Virus record (IMG/VR): IMGVR_UViG_3300023239_000006 | Span: 106,577 to 126,576 of that record | DNA from: an uncultured virus (IMG/VR IMGVR_UViG_3300023239_000006) | Taxonomy: Duplodnaviria > Heunggongvirae > Uroviricota > Caudoviricetes | Reading direction: 5' to 3' (one strand) | Length of the DNA: 20,000 bases | Shown here: positions 1 to 9,284 of the stretch, piece by piece | How the letters are laid out: each line of letters opens with the position of its first letter | How positions within the stretch are numbered: position 1 is the stretch's first letter | The notes under the pieces: model-generated | What the model was told of the DNA's origin: nothing | Database searches by the model: none | Seen by the model: only the letters and a program-made list of their open reading frames with translations | Program-made: the position numbers and the translations under genes

Positions 1-537
1 GCAGCTAGGAAAGCCTTTACTAAGATGTTTTGGGTAGTTGACGGCGATGCTGTAATTGTAGACACATTCAACTTTAATTATGTAGTAAGCAAATACGATC
101 TAGAATGTGTACATGTTTGGCGCAGCCAAAATCCAGTTAATGGACTAGAATACGGATACGGCGGAGTTAAACTACTTCCTAAGAAGTTGACTATGACTAT
201 GGACTTAGCTAGACCTGACATGACAACAAGCATTAGTCCGCTGTTTAAGGCCATGGAAGAGATCAGTAACATTACTGCATTTAACACTGATCCTTTTAAC
301 AGTTGGAAAAGTGCATTTAGAGAATGTTGTAAATTATCTAGTCGCGTTATTGATAGACAAGACGATACTGAAACTCAACAACGATTAAACACCTGGTGTA
401 CAGTTGGCACAGACATCGATGTACTTGCAGGAGCAATTGCTGGCCGCAAGTACGGTGAAGAAAATAAATTAGATGTAGAAGCATTAAAAAAGATTAATAA
501 TTTTAAATGGTTAGAGGAACAGTTCTATGGACGATAA
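1..537 (+). CDS. Glycosyltransferase-like (DxD) phage protein, C-terminal part; 5'-truncated by the window edge
   Basis: The frame is open from base 1 (AARKAFTK-MFWVVDGDA), so the listed ATG at 25 is probably internal. The hydrophobic strand plus DGD (FWVVDGDA) resembles the GT-A DxD motif. It sits next to sugar-modifying genes. Confidence 0.5.
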   Translation, partial: AARKAFTKMFWVVDGDAVIVDTFNFNYVVSKYDLECVHVWRSQNPVNGLEYGYGGVKLLPKKLTMTMDLARPDMTTSISPLFKAMEEISNITAFNTDPFNSWKSAFRECCKLSSRVIDRQDDTETQQRLNTWCTVGTDIDVLAGAIAGRKYGEENKLDVEALKKINNFKWLEEQFYGR

Positions 538-1894
538 ACAACGCATACAAAAATTCATTCCCATAATGAAAGAAGTTAGTCCAACTTTCTGTTTGGCCAA
601 ATGGCATCACACTACTATCTATTTGCAAACGGGAGAAACACACAGTTGCTACCATCCTGCACCTCACAAAATTCCTTTGGCTGAAATTGCACTAGACCCA
701 AGCGCATTACATAATACTAAAGAAAAAATTAGTGAACGTGCTGAAATGATTGCAGGCAAAAAGCCTAGTGGTTGCAATTATTGCTGGAACATTGAAGCAA
801 TGGGGGAGGATTATATTAGCGATCGCAAGGAGCGTAACGCAAGTATCTATACTGAGGAAAGACTCGGAGCTATAAAAGCTAATCCTCTAGCTCCTGTAAA
901 TCCACAATACATTGAGGTAAGTTTTGGTAATGAATGCAATTTCAAATGCGGATACTGCCATCCTAAGCATAGCAGTGCATACCACAAAGAGATCAAAGAT
1001 TTTGGACCGTATGATATGGTTAAAAATCACCGCAATGATATTAACTGGTTCACTGTCTATGAAGAAGATACTAATCCCTACGTAGAAGCATGGTGGAAGT
1101 GGTGGCCCGAGGTTAGTAAGACCTTAACAATATTACGAATTACTGGCGGCGAACCGCTATTACAAAAATCAACTTGGAGACTCTTAGATGAGCTTGATAA
1201 TAATCCTAAACCTAATCTCGAGCTTAATATTAATAGCAACTTCGGAGTTAAGACGATACTTATCGATCGATTAGTAGAAAAGGTAAATGCTCTCTTAGCT
1301 AAAGGTGCAATTAAAGACTTTAAGATTTTTACTAGCATGGATACATGGGGACCGCAAGCGGAATACATACGCACAGGGCTAGATTTAACTGTTTGGGAAA
1401 AGAACTTAGATACATATCTAACTAAGACCACGTTACCGGTTACATTTATGTGTACCTTTAATATTCTAACAGTAACAAACTTCCAAAGTTTACTAGAAAA
1501 GATCTTAGAATGGCGTGTTAAGTATAATGGCTTTGATCAGAACAAATGGCAGCGTATACGCTTTGACACTCCGTTCTTAAAAGAGCCATTACAATACGAC
1601 ATGAATTTATTGCCTAAAGATGAGTTTATGCCTTACATGCAAAGACATCTAGACTTCATTCTAGCCAATCTAGACGATAAAAACCGTAGCAAATTCAACG
1701 ACTTAGAGTATGAAAAATTCCTAAGAGTAGTAAAATACATGGAATCAGCTATCTATACCCCAGAAAAACTAAAAGAAGGCAAACGAGACTTCTTTAATTG
1801 GTTTACAGAATACGACCGCAGACGCGGTACTAATTTCTTAGAAACATTTCCAGAATTGGAAAACTTCTATTTTGATTGCGGACAAACAGAATAA
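527..1894 (+). CDS. Radical SAM enzyme with N-terminal twitch/SPASM-like Cys cluster
   Basis: CNFKCGYC (CxxxCxxC) and ITGGEP motifs; extra N-terminal cysteines (FCLAKW...HSCYH...GCNYCW). Confidence 0.85.
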   Translation: MDDKQRIQKFIPIMKEVSPTFCLAKWHHTTIYLQTGETHSCYHPAPHKIPLAEIALDPSALHNTKEKISERAEMIAGKKPSGCNYCWNIEAMGEDYISDRKERNASIYTEERLGAIKANPLAPVNPQYIEVSFGNECNFKCGYCHPKHSSAYHKEIKDFGPYDMVKNHRNDINWFTVYEEDTNPYVEAWWKWWPEVSKTLTILRITGGEPLLQKSTWRLLDELDNNPKPNLELNINSNFGVKTILIDRLVEKVNALLAKGAIKDFKIFTSMDTWGPQAEYIRTGLDLTVWEKNLDTYLTKTTLPVTFMCTFNILTVTNFQSLLEKILEWRVKYNGFDQNKWQRIRFDTPFLKEPLQYDMNLLPKDEFMPYMQRHLDFILANLDDKNRSKFNDLEYEKFLRVVKYMESAIYTPEKLKEGKRDFFNWFTEYDRRRGTNFLETFPELENFYFDCGQTE

Positions 1895-1901
1895 GGACAC
1901 T

Positions 1902-2927
1902 ATGAGCAAAACAATTTTAATTACAGGCGGCGCCGGGTTTATAGCTCACCATTTAGTTGATAAAATTTTAACCGAAACTGATTGGAAAATAGTAACCCTT
2001 GATCGATTAGATTATAGTGGCAATTTAAATAGATTGAACGAAGTAGTAATGGCTCACCCGGCAATCGAGCGCAAACGTGTACGGGTAGTTCATCACGATC
2101 TAAAGGCAGAACTAAATTCTCAAATTAGATCAATGATTGGAAAAGTTGATTTAATAGCGCACCTTGCAGCAGGCAGTCACGTCGACCGATCTATTGCGTA
2201 TCCTATGGAATTCGTACAAGATAATATAGTGGGCACTGTTAATCTAATGGACTATGCTCGTAATTTAGATAGTTTAGATCTATTTGCATATTTTTCAACA
2301 GATGAAATTTTTGGTCCAGCACCTGTTGGAGTTAGCTACAAAGAAAATGACAGATATAACAGCACCAATCCTTACAGTGCTAGCAAAGCTGCCGCAGAAG
2401 AAATGGTAGTTGCATACGAGAATACCTACGGCCTTCCAGCAATTGTTACCCACACTATGAATGTATTTGGGGAAAGACAACATCCTGAAAAGTATATTCC
2501 TATGTGTATCAGAGGTGTTCGAGATAACGAAAAAATTACAGTACATGCTAACGCAGAAAAAACAATTGCCGGATCAAGGCATTACATACATGCTCGAGAC
2601 GTTGCAGATGCATTGATGTTTTTATATCATACTGACCTTAGTAAATTAGAACCAGACTACGGTGGCGCAAAATGTCAAAAATTCAATATTGTAGGATCTA
2701 CAGAGATTGACAATTTAAAATTAGCACAGTTTATTGCAGATGTCCAAGAAAAACCGCTCAACTACGAAATGTGTGATTTCCACACTAGTCGACCTGGCCA
2801 CGATTTGCGATATGCACTAGATGGTAATAAGATGAAACAGTTAGGATGGGAACCTCAGCCTGCATATAAAAGATTAGAAGAAGTAATACATTGGACATTA
2901 AAAAACAATAGATGGCTAATAGTTTAA
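1902..2927 (+). CDS. rfbB: dTDP-glucose 4,6-dehydratase-like NAD-dependent epimerase/dehydratase (extended SDR)
   Basis: ILITGGAGFIA Rossmann motif, HLAAGSHVDRSI, STDE, YSASK (YxxxK), RPGHDLRYALD. Start moved to ATG 1902, which follows the SD-like AAGGA. Confidence 0.88.
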   Translation: MSKTILITGGAGFIAHHLVDKILTETDWKIVTLDRLDYSGNLNRLNEVVMAHPAIERKRVRVVHHDLKAELNSQIRSMIGKVDLIAHLAAGSHVDRSIAYPMEFVQDNIVGTVNLMDYARNLDSLDLFAYFSTDEIFGPAPVGVSYKENDRYNSTNPYSASKAAAEEMVVAYENTYGLPAIVTHTMNVFGERQHPEKYIPMCIRGVRDNEKITVHANAEKTIAGSRHYIHARDVADALMFLYHTDLSKLEPDYGGAKCQKFNIVGSTEIDNLKLAQFIADVQEKPLNYEMCDFHTSRPGHDLRYALDGNKMKQLGWEPQPAYKRLEEVIHWTLKNNRWLIV

Positions 2928-3700
2928 TTAATATTAATAATTTATCAACAGCATTTGATAATTTTCATAAAGAAAAATATTCACACTGTGTAATTGATAA
3001 TTTTTTAAATGAAGATGTTGCTACCCAGATAGCAGCAGATTTTCTTGCGTATGATTCTGGATTATTTAACGGCAACTATGATAATCAAATTGAACTGAAG
3101 CGTACTTGTAATATATGGGATAGATTCCCTGCGAGTATCTACCAACTAATAACATATCTTAATTCACCTACATTTATAGACGTACTATTGACATACACAG
3201 ATTGCGGCACGCTATATTCTGATCCAGGAATCCACGGAGGTGGCTTACATTCTCATCCAGATGGCGGTAAACTAAATCCGCATCTTGATTATAATCTTCA
3301 TCCTAAATTAGGCCTACAGAGAAAGTACAATCTTCTTATCTACCTTACTCCTGATTGGCAACTAGAATGGGGAGGAGATTTTGGCATATGGGGAAGTGAT
3401 GGCACTGCTCCCACTCATCTAATTAAACAAATATCTCCTATCTTTAATAGAGCAATTTTCTTTGATACTTCCCAGTCGTTCTGGCACGGACTAGCAACTA
3501 CTGTTTCATGCCCACTAAATATATCAAGAAACAGTCTAGCAATATATTACCTAACAGATCCGCCAACTGACACCAATACTCGAAACAGAGCACTTTTTTC
3601 TCCTACTTCGGATCAAAAAAATAATCTTGAAGTATTAGACTTAATAAAGAGGCGAAGCATTACTAATGGCAATAATGTAGAACAGTGGAATAGATTATGA
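2912..3700 (+). CDS. 2OG-Fe(II) oxygenase (prolyl-hydroxylase-like family)
   Basis: HxD (LNPHLDYN), distal His (SFWHG), downstream Arg (SRNSLAIYY), and WGGDFGIW / PIFNRAIFF strands typical of this fold. Confidence 0.85.
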   Translation: MANSLININNLSTAFDNFHKEKYSHCVIDNFLNEDVATQIAADFLAYDSGLFNGNYDNQIELKRTCNIWDRFPASIYQLITYLNSPTFIDVLLTYTDCGTLYSDPGIHGGGLHSHPDGGKLNPHLDYNLHPKLGLQRKYNLLIYLTPDWQLEWGGDFGIWGSDGTAPTHLIKQISPIFNRAIFFDTSQSFWHGLATTVSCPLNISRNSLAIYYLTDPPTDTNTRNRALFSPTSDQKNNLEVLDLIKRRSITNGNNVEQWNRL

Positions 3701-5025
3701 ATTTTCTTTTTGAAAACACTCAAGAACAAACAAATTTTTTAGAATGTCCAGATGTTAACTCATCAGGTATACGACGATTTACTACTAGTCCGTTTGTATC
3801 TTCTTTAATTAGATGGAAAACTACAAAGCAGCCTCTGTCCGGTCTTAACAGCATATCTGTAAAAGTAGATTTATCAAAAAATAAAAAATTATATGACAAG
3901 TACATTATATCAACCGGAGTAGCACATTCACCGTGGGATTGGTGCGGGTATACTGAGCTAAACACGCAGTATGATTCTTATATGTCTGAACGAAAATCAG
4001 TATTTGCCTATCTAAGCGAAAAGCAACTATCAGCAATTCGCAAAAAGAAATGCTACTTACTATTAGATCAATCGCATGAAGGCTATCATACTATTTGGCT
4101 GTTTAAGTGGTTTCACGACTGCTGTTCTCATTACAATATAAACCCAACTCAAGTAATATATGTAACTGGCAATCTTGCAGTTATTGAACAGTATAGTAAT
4201 TGGTGCAGTGAGAATGTACCCCAATCAAAACTATGCGTAATTCCAAATATACAATTTGAAGAATTTATACAAACCGCTGTTGAAAATCAAATAAGAACTC
4301 TGCCAACATCTAGTCAACAAGTAGAATACAAAACAAAAAATATAGAAGACATCAAAGTATACAACGCATTTCAAAAGCGATCACGTCCCCACCGAATCTG
4401 GCTGTTCAGCAAGTTATACGAAAATCAATTAATGAATGATGGCGTCAATAGCATGAATTCTTTTAGTTATCGTAACTCTCACTATGAAGGTCGAGTGCTT
4501 GATCCAGAATTATACAAATCGTTTATAAACTTGTTACCTATGTATCCTAGAAACAATCTTGATAGTAAGAATAAAAAAGGATTTGAAGGATCGTTGGGCG
4601 ACTTGTTTGAACAAGATTTAAATCAGCAAGAAACATTAGACACTTGGATCAGTGTAGTTAGTGAAGCATCATTTGCTGAAGATACTTGCTTTATAAGTGA
4701 AAAAAGTTTTAAGCCAATTGCAGTCAATCATCCATTTATACTGTATGGAAACAAAAATAGTTTAAAATATTTTAGAGAGCTAGGATATAAAACATTTGGT
4801 GAATTTATTGATGAGTCTTATGATAGTTTAGAATCTTGGGATAGACTAGATGCAATTATAAAAATAATACAAAATATTAAAGCAATGTCTTCCGATGAAA
4901 AATTAAAATGGTTCATATCAATGCAGCCTATTTTAGATCATAATTTTAAAACCTTAGAAGAAAATACAAGAAAGCGATTACCAAGTTCTATAACTTTATT
5001 GCACAACTATTTTCTTGGAAACTAA
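3697..5025 (+). CDS. Hypothetical protein, possible glycosyltransferase (GT-B/GT10-like C-terminus)
   Basis: 442-aa ORF. C-terminal ISVVSE...FISEKSFKPIAVNHPFILYG resembles the E-x(n)-(T/S)EK-x-x-P-I/F nucleotide-sugar binding segment of GT10-like enzymes. Glycan-gene context. Confidence 0.5.
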   Translation: MNFLFENTQEQTNFLECPDVNSSGIRRFTTSPFVSSLIRWKTTKQPLSGLNSISVKVDLSKNKKLYDKYIISTGVAHSPWDWCGYTELNTQYDSYMSERKSVFAYLSEKQLSAIRKKKCYLLLDQSHEGYHTIWLFKWFHDCCSHYNINPTQVIYVTGNLAVIEQYSNWCSENVPQSKLCVIPNIQFEEFIQTAVENQIRTLPTSSQQVEYKTKNIEDIKVYNAFQKRSRPHRIWLFSKLYENQLMNDGVNSMNSFSYRNSHYEGRVLDPELYKSFINLLPMYPRNNLDSKNKKGFEGSLGDLFEQDLNQQETLDTWISVVSEASFAEDTCFISEKSFKPIAVNHPFILYGNKNSLKYFRELGYKTFGEFIDESYDSLESWDRLDAIIKIIQNIKAMSSDEKLKWFISMQPILDHNFKTLEENTRKRLPSSITLLHNYFLGN

Positions 5026-5027
5026 TA

Positions 5028-6056
5028 ATGTACAATAAACAAATTATCGAAATCAATACTGATCTCAAAAGAACACGTAAAGCTATCATTAGCTTAGGAT
5101 GCTCTTTTGTTGAAGGTCAAGGCGCAGTTAATCAAGAAATTTATGACAACTATGAATGGAGTATGACAAAGACCGGAATTCCTATGAGTCCTATCTTAAC
5201 TGCTAGTCAACAAACTACTTTGCTTTCTAATCATCCTGAATTGTTACTAGAAACTGGAGGTATAAATTGGACATTTATGGAATATCAAAATGCATTTGTT
5301 AATATACTATGCAAAAAATATTTTGATGCAGGCTATACTCCCATTAATTTTGGTCTAAGAGGTAAGGGTAATCGAGCTTCAATTAAAAGTTTGTATTTTC
5401 ATCCTCAACTAAATTGGCAGGACATTGACGAGTTGATAGTTATATATGTGCCAAGCGGCCCTGAACGTTTTGATTTTGTAAGTGACGAATTCAATGAACA
5501 CCAGCAGTTTCAATGTGCTTGGCCTTGGTATGAAGATCAAGAAAAAAGCCCTCGGAAGACACTGTGGAAAGGATACGGTACTGCAATATACAGCGAAAAG
5601 TCAGCAATGCTAGAGCAAATATCAAATGTTATTGAATTGGAAAACTGGTGTAAACTAAAAAACGCAAAATTAATAATTACTCCTGGATTTGATAGATCGT
5701 ATAAAAAAGAAAGATTTAACGAAATTATTCAAAATACAGTAGAGAGGAATCATCTCCAACAAACTACAAAGTATACAGACTATGCACATGACAAAAAAAC
5801 AACTAGACGATCTGTTGCTGACCAAACAATATTTAACGCAATTGTAGAGCAATGGCCATGGGACAAAATGTTTGTTCCGCAGGGCTGCAACACATTTATG
5901 GACTTATGCCTAAAGCAAGAAGGGCTAGAACACACTGGTTACTGGGACTACAATGGCAAGGGAACTCCTAATTATTGGATAACCAAATGCTGTCATCCTA
6001 GTGCAAAGGGGCACGATCTATTTGCACAAGAACTTTTTAAATTCATTACGGCGTAA
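5028..6056 (+). CDS. SGNH/GDSL hydrolase-like protein
   Basis: Block I-like LGCSFVEG, block II-like NFGLRGKGN, C-terminal CCHPSAKGHDLFA (block V HP..GH). Confidence 0.6.
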   Translation: MYNKQIIEINTDLKRTRKAIISLGCSFVEGQGAVNQEIYDNYEWSMTKTGIPMSPILTASQQTTLLSNHPELLLETGGINWTFMEYQNAFVNILCKKYFDAGYTPINFGLRGKGNRASIKSLYFHPQLNWQDIDELIVIYVPSGPERFDFVSDEFNEHQQFQCAWPWYEDQEKSPRKTLWKGYGTAIYSEKSAMLEQISNVIELENWCKLKNAKLIITPGFDRSYKKERFNEIIQNTVERNHLQQTTKYTDYAHDKKTTRRSVADQTIFNAIVEQWPWDKMFVPQGCNTFMDLCLKQEGLEHTGYWDYNGKGTPNYWITKCCHPSAKGHDLFAQELFKFITA

Positions 6057-6057
6057 T

Positions 6058-6843
6058 ATGTATAAGTTGCTAAATGCAAGCCCGTTGCCTGATTATGTAA
6101 CTGATTATAAATTTTTAAAATCCTTAATACTAAATTACGCAGACGATGCAACACCCGGGCACCAAATTTATTCAAATAAGTTTACTTCGTATGATTCGCC
6201 TGCCCTGTTTGAGAAAAATTTACAAACTCAGCCAGATGACTGGCATTATCGATCAAAAGAAGTAACATACGCTTGCAATCTTAATGGTTATAGAGCAGAC
6301 GAGTGGCATTTAATTGACTGGCAAAATGCTGTTGTAGTATTTGGATGTTCTTGCACACTAGGAGTAGGGTTAGCTGAGGATGAAACAGTTACTGCTCAAT
6401 TGTCTAAAATGTTAAATAGACCAGTGGTTAATATGGGCGCTAGTGCATCTTCTATGCAATTTTCTTTTATAAACTCAACATTACTATCTAAGTATTTTCC
6501 AACTCCGTATGCTGTAGTCAACTTATGGACAAATATAGATAGATTTACTATTTTTAAAGATTACAAGATAGATCACGCTGGTCCGTGGGACGATACGGCT
6601 ATGTATAAAGAATATGCAACTAATATCCATCATTCAATGACAGAAGCTAGCTACATATCTATTGCAAGTAGGGAGCTTTGGAAAAATCGGTGCAAGTATT
6701 ATTCTGCTAGTTTTTTTGACCAAACAGCACACTACACAGAAAGTGCATGGATTGAAATTGATAATCAAGCAAGGGATCTAACTCATCCTGGAAGAATATC
6801 ATCTAAAAAAATGGCTCGATTAATTTCTAGAAATATTGCTTAA
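6058..6843 (+). CDS. SGNH/GDSL hydrolase-like protein
   Basis: FGCSCTLGVG, VVNMGASASS and RDLTHPG (DxxH). The likely start is ATG 6058, just after the upstream stop, rather than GTG 6001. Confidence 0.65.
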   Translation: MYKLLNASPLPDYVTDYKFLKSLILNYADDATPGHQIYSNKFTSYDSPALFEKNLQTQPDDWHYRSKEVTYACNLNGYRADEWHLIDWQNAVVVFGCSCTLGVGLAEDETVTAQLSKMLNRPVVNMGASASSMQFSFINSTLLSKYFPTPYAVVNLWTNIDRFTIFKDYKIDHAGPWDDTAMYKEYATNIHHSMTEASYISIASRELWKNRCKYYSASFFDQTAHYTESAWIEIDNQARDLTHPGRISSKKMARLISRNIA

Positions 6844-7145
6844 AAAATAGTTTTAGTTGATTTATTAATGTCGGTTTTAAGTCTAACTATATCAACCTTA
6901 AACTCTATTTTCACAATCTCGTCTTTATATTCTCGAAGCGTTTCTACTAATCTAGTAGCAATTGTATCTTGGTCTAAACTGATAGTCTGTTCTTTAATAT
7001 TAATTTCCCATACTCTGCCGTTAGCAAACTCTAGATGAACTACATCTAGATAAGCTATAGGCACCGTATTCATATAAAGATCCTCAAAGACTTCTGGCCA
7101 TTCTTTGACCAGATGTCTTGGAGGTTTAAACAGCCGACTAGGCAT
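6840..7145 (-). CDS. Hypothetical phage protein
   Basis: 101-aa ORF; its start overlaps the stop of the upstream minus-strand gene. Confidence 0.7.
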   Translation of the reverse strand: MPSRLFKPPRHLVKEWPEVFEDLYMNTVPIAYLDVVHLEFANGRVWEINIKEQTISLDQDTIATRLVETLREYKDEIVKIEFKVDIVRLKTDINKSTKTIF

Positions 7146-7782
7146 CTACTGATTCTTTAGCCTTTGTTGTTTTTTTAGCCGGAGGATCTAACTCGTCTGC
7201 ATCTTTACGTAGCTTGGCTGCTTCTTTATACATGGCATCTGCTTGACTACGATAACTTTTAGCAATATCTTTATCAGACAATGCTTCGTTTGATACAGCT
7301 TGAGCACGTACTGGCGCAGGAATGTCAGTGTCAACTGCCGGTACAACTTCTTTCTTCGGTTGCTCTCGCAACTTAACTGATGGAGTTGATCCCTTAACGA
7401 AGTTACATAGCTCGTCGATTGTGCAATTCTTTTGCTCTGCAATCAATACATTTAATTGATCCAACGGCATATTATGCTGATTAGTTGGAGTCATAATAAC
7501 TGAATCAGATGGAACCTTCTGCATACGATTATCAATTTGCATAGCCTGCAACATTGGTCTACCGTCTGGGAAATACTTGACAAACATCTGCTCACCAAAT
7601 TCAAATGAATCTTGTGCAGGCTCAGTTTCGACTAGATCCATAATAGCATTATGATATTGATCTGGCAATGTTGCTGTAGGCAACACTAATGACATATGTG
7701 ATTCGCCTGGCAATGTACGGAAAACAACAATAACTTTATTACCGCTGTTTTTCATTTTACCGATGTGTTTTAATGACTGCAT
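7138..7782 (-). CDS. Hypothetical phage protein with charged helical C-terminus
   Basis: 214-aa ORF tiling in the minus-strand operon. Confidence 0.75.
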   Translation of the reverse strand: MQSLKHIGKMKNSGNKVIVVFRTLPGESHMSLVLPTATLPDQYHNAIMDLVETEPAQDSFEFGEQMFVKYFPDGRPMLQAMQIDNRMQKVPSDSVIMTPTNQHNMPLDQLNVLIAEQKNCTIDELCNFVKGSTPSVKLREQPKKEVVPAVDTDIPAPVRAQAVSNEALSDKDIAKSYRSQADAMYKEAAKLRKDADELDPPAKKTTKAKESVDA

Positions 7783-7783
7783 A

Positions 7784-8008
7784 TTAAGCCTCCTTTTTGT
7801 TTGCTACAGATTCTAAGAATGTGTTTAACTTATTGAAAGTTTTACCTACCGCTTCTAGCTCTGCTGCTTTAAACGCCCCGCGCTGACTTGCTACTTCTAT
7901 AATACTCTTTAGTGCAACTAGATCGCTGATATTAAGATCAGTACTAGATTGTGCTCCTTGAGCTGGCTGTGCTGCAACATCTTCGATTGCTTTAACTTCT
8001 TCTGTCAT
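7784..8008 (-). CDS. Hypothetical phage protein
   Basis: 74-aa ORF; SD AAGGAG upstream; 1-nt gaps to both neighbours. Confidence 0.75.
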   Translation of the reverse strand: MTEEVKAIEDVAAQPAQGAQSSTDLNISDLVALKSIIEVASQRGAFKAAELEAVGKTFNKLNTFLESVANKKEA

Positions 8009-8009
8009 A

Positions 8010-8282
8010 TTAGGTTCTCCTTAAATGTGGACAGGCTAACATAAAGTATGTTAGTTCTTTTTGGTCTTCAAACGCCACAAACGTGGCAGATTTTAATTTT
8101 CCGTCTTTATCAATTGCAGGTGATCGAACAACACAATATCGTCCTTTCAGTCTAGCATCAACCCAATCAATTAACTCATTATCAAATAGTACCATCTCTC
8201 CAATTTTTGTTTTGGCAAAATGTGGAGGCAATGTGCTTACTCTACGTTGTTTTAAAATAGCAATAGGGTTGAGATTGAACAT
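8010..8282 (-). CDS. Hypothetical phage protein
   Basis: 90-aa ORF preceded by TATAAATA. Confidence 0.7.
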   Translation of the reverse strand: MFNLNPIAILKQRRVSTLPPHFAKTKIGEMVLFDNELIDWVDARLKGRYCVVRSPAIDKDGKLKSATFVAFEDQKELTYFMLACPHLRRT

Positions 8283-8290
8283 AGTGAAAA

Positions 8291-8298
8291 TATTTATA
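8291..8298 (-). promoter_or_regulatory. T4-type late promoter candidate (TATAAATA)
   Basis: Exact TATAAATA on the minus strand in the intergenic gap, 8 nt upstream of ATG 8282. Confidence 0.55.
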
Positions 8299-8309
8299 AA
8301 TTATTGTTG

Positions 8310-8708
8310 TTAGGTTGCTGATTCTTGGCTAAATCTTTTTGCTAGGGCCTTGTTATATCCTATCTTACGGATATCCCCAGAAAATAGATAAAGCTCGAAT
8401 GCAGCACGTTCACGTAGTACAATGATATATTTTTTTGTTATAAAATAGGGAGATTCAATAAAGTTATCCAACCAAACTAGTACTTGAGGAGTAATAGCAA
8501 AGTCTTTAGGAAAGTCTACTTTATATGTTTTAATTTTAGCATGATCGTTGATAAACGTCAATGCGTGTTCACTCAAACGTTGCCCGCCTTTGTCCTTATC
8601 GCGAACGTTCCACCACCACAGACTGCGATATTGTTTGAGCGTATCCGAGTCGGCTGGTTGTCCTGCAGCCTCTAAGAATACCTTAGTATAGGTATCCTTG
8701 ATGTCCAT
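8310..8708 (-). CDS. Hypothetical phage protein
   Basis: 132-aa ORF tiling with its neighbours. Confidence 0.75.
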   Translation of the reverse strand: MDIKDTYTKVFLEAAGQPADSDTLKQYRSLWWWNVRDKDKGGQRLSEHALTFINDHAKIKTYKVDFPKDFAITPQVLVWLDNFIESPYFITKKYIIVLRERAAFELYLFSGDIRKIGYNKALAKRFSQESAT

Positions 8709-8709
8709 A

Positions 8710-8994
8710 TTATTCTACCTTTTCACCAGTGGTTAATTTGTATACTTCAAAGTCTTCAGTTTTAAAAAGACGATTTAGTTTCTTAGCAAGATTATGCGCA
8801 TGACCAGGATTGCTAAAACTTACTTTCTTATATTTTGGGCCGGGGTAGCTAGCAACTAGACTACCACTCTTTAGATTAAAAGGTTGGCCTTTATAGAAAA
8901 CCGCCCAGATAGCTTCACTATTAAGAATCTGTTCGATCTTAAAGTTTTCTTTATTTGCATGTTCTAACAATACTTTTGGCTTTGGTCTGCTCAT
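8710..8994 (-). CDS. Hypothetical basic phage protein (MSRPKPKVLL...)
   Basis: 94-aa Lys-rich ORF; SD AGGA upstream. Confidence 0.75.
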   Translation of the reverse strand: MSRPKPKVLLEHANKENFKIEQILNSEAIWAVFYKGQPFNLKSGSLVASYPGPKYKKVSFSNPGHAHNLAKKLNRLFKTEDFEVYKLTTGEKVE

Positions 8995-8996
8995 AC

Positions 8997-9032
8997 TATA
9001 CGTGTTCCTAGTTAACCACGTATATATTTATA
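8997..9032 (-). promoter_or_regulatory. T4-type late promoter (TATAAATA, 9025-9032) plus an RBS-enclosing hairpin (8997-9024)
   Basis: Minus strand reads TATAAATA-TATACGTG-gttaactaggaa-CACGTATA-gt-ATG: a perfect 8-bp inverted repeat around AGGA. Confidence 0.6.
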
Positions 9033-9284
9033 TCAATTAAAGCCGCCCCCGTCGAACTTAACATCGATATTAGTAGTTGATTCCTTAATTACAGACAACA
9101 TAGCATGTATTTCTTGTACAGTCTTGCCTAATTTGCTAGTCATAATAGCTAATTCTGCTGTTAGATCTCTAGCTTCTTGAATACTGATACGAATATCTTT
9201 TTGTTGACTACGTTCGGCAGCAACTACCCGCTGAATTAGCTTTTCTACACTAGGTAGATTAGTAGGAAGATTACTTTGAGACAT
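9033..9284 (-). CDS. Hypothetical phage protein (coiled-coil-like)
   Basis: 83-aa ORF overlapping the end of the upstream gene. Confidence 0.7.
   Translation of the reverse strand: MSQSNLPTNLPSVEKLIQRVVAAERSQQKDIRISIQEARDLTAELAIMTSKLGKTVQEIHAMLSVIKESTTNIDVKFDGGGFN

Noticed and set aside
78..6175. Minus-strand ORFs within the plus-strand cassette (78-287, 1078-1431, 2295-2546, 3720-3965, 5670-5852, 5993-6175)
   Set aside because: Antisense shadows of well-supported genes, with no motifs.
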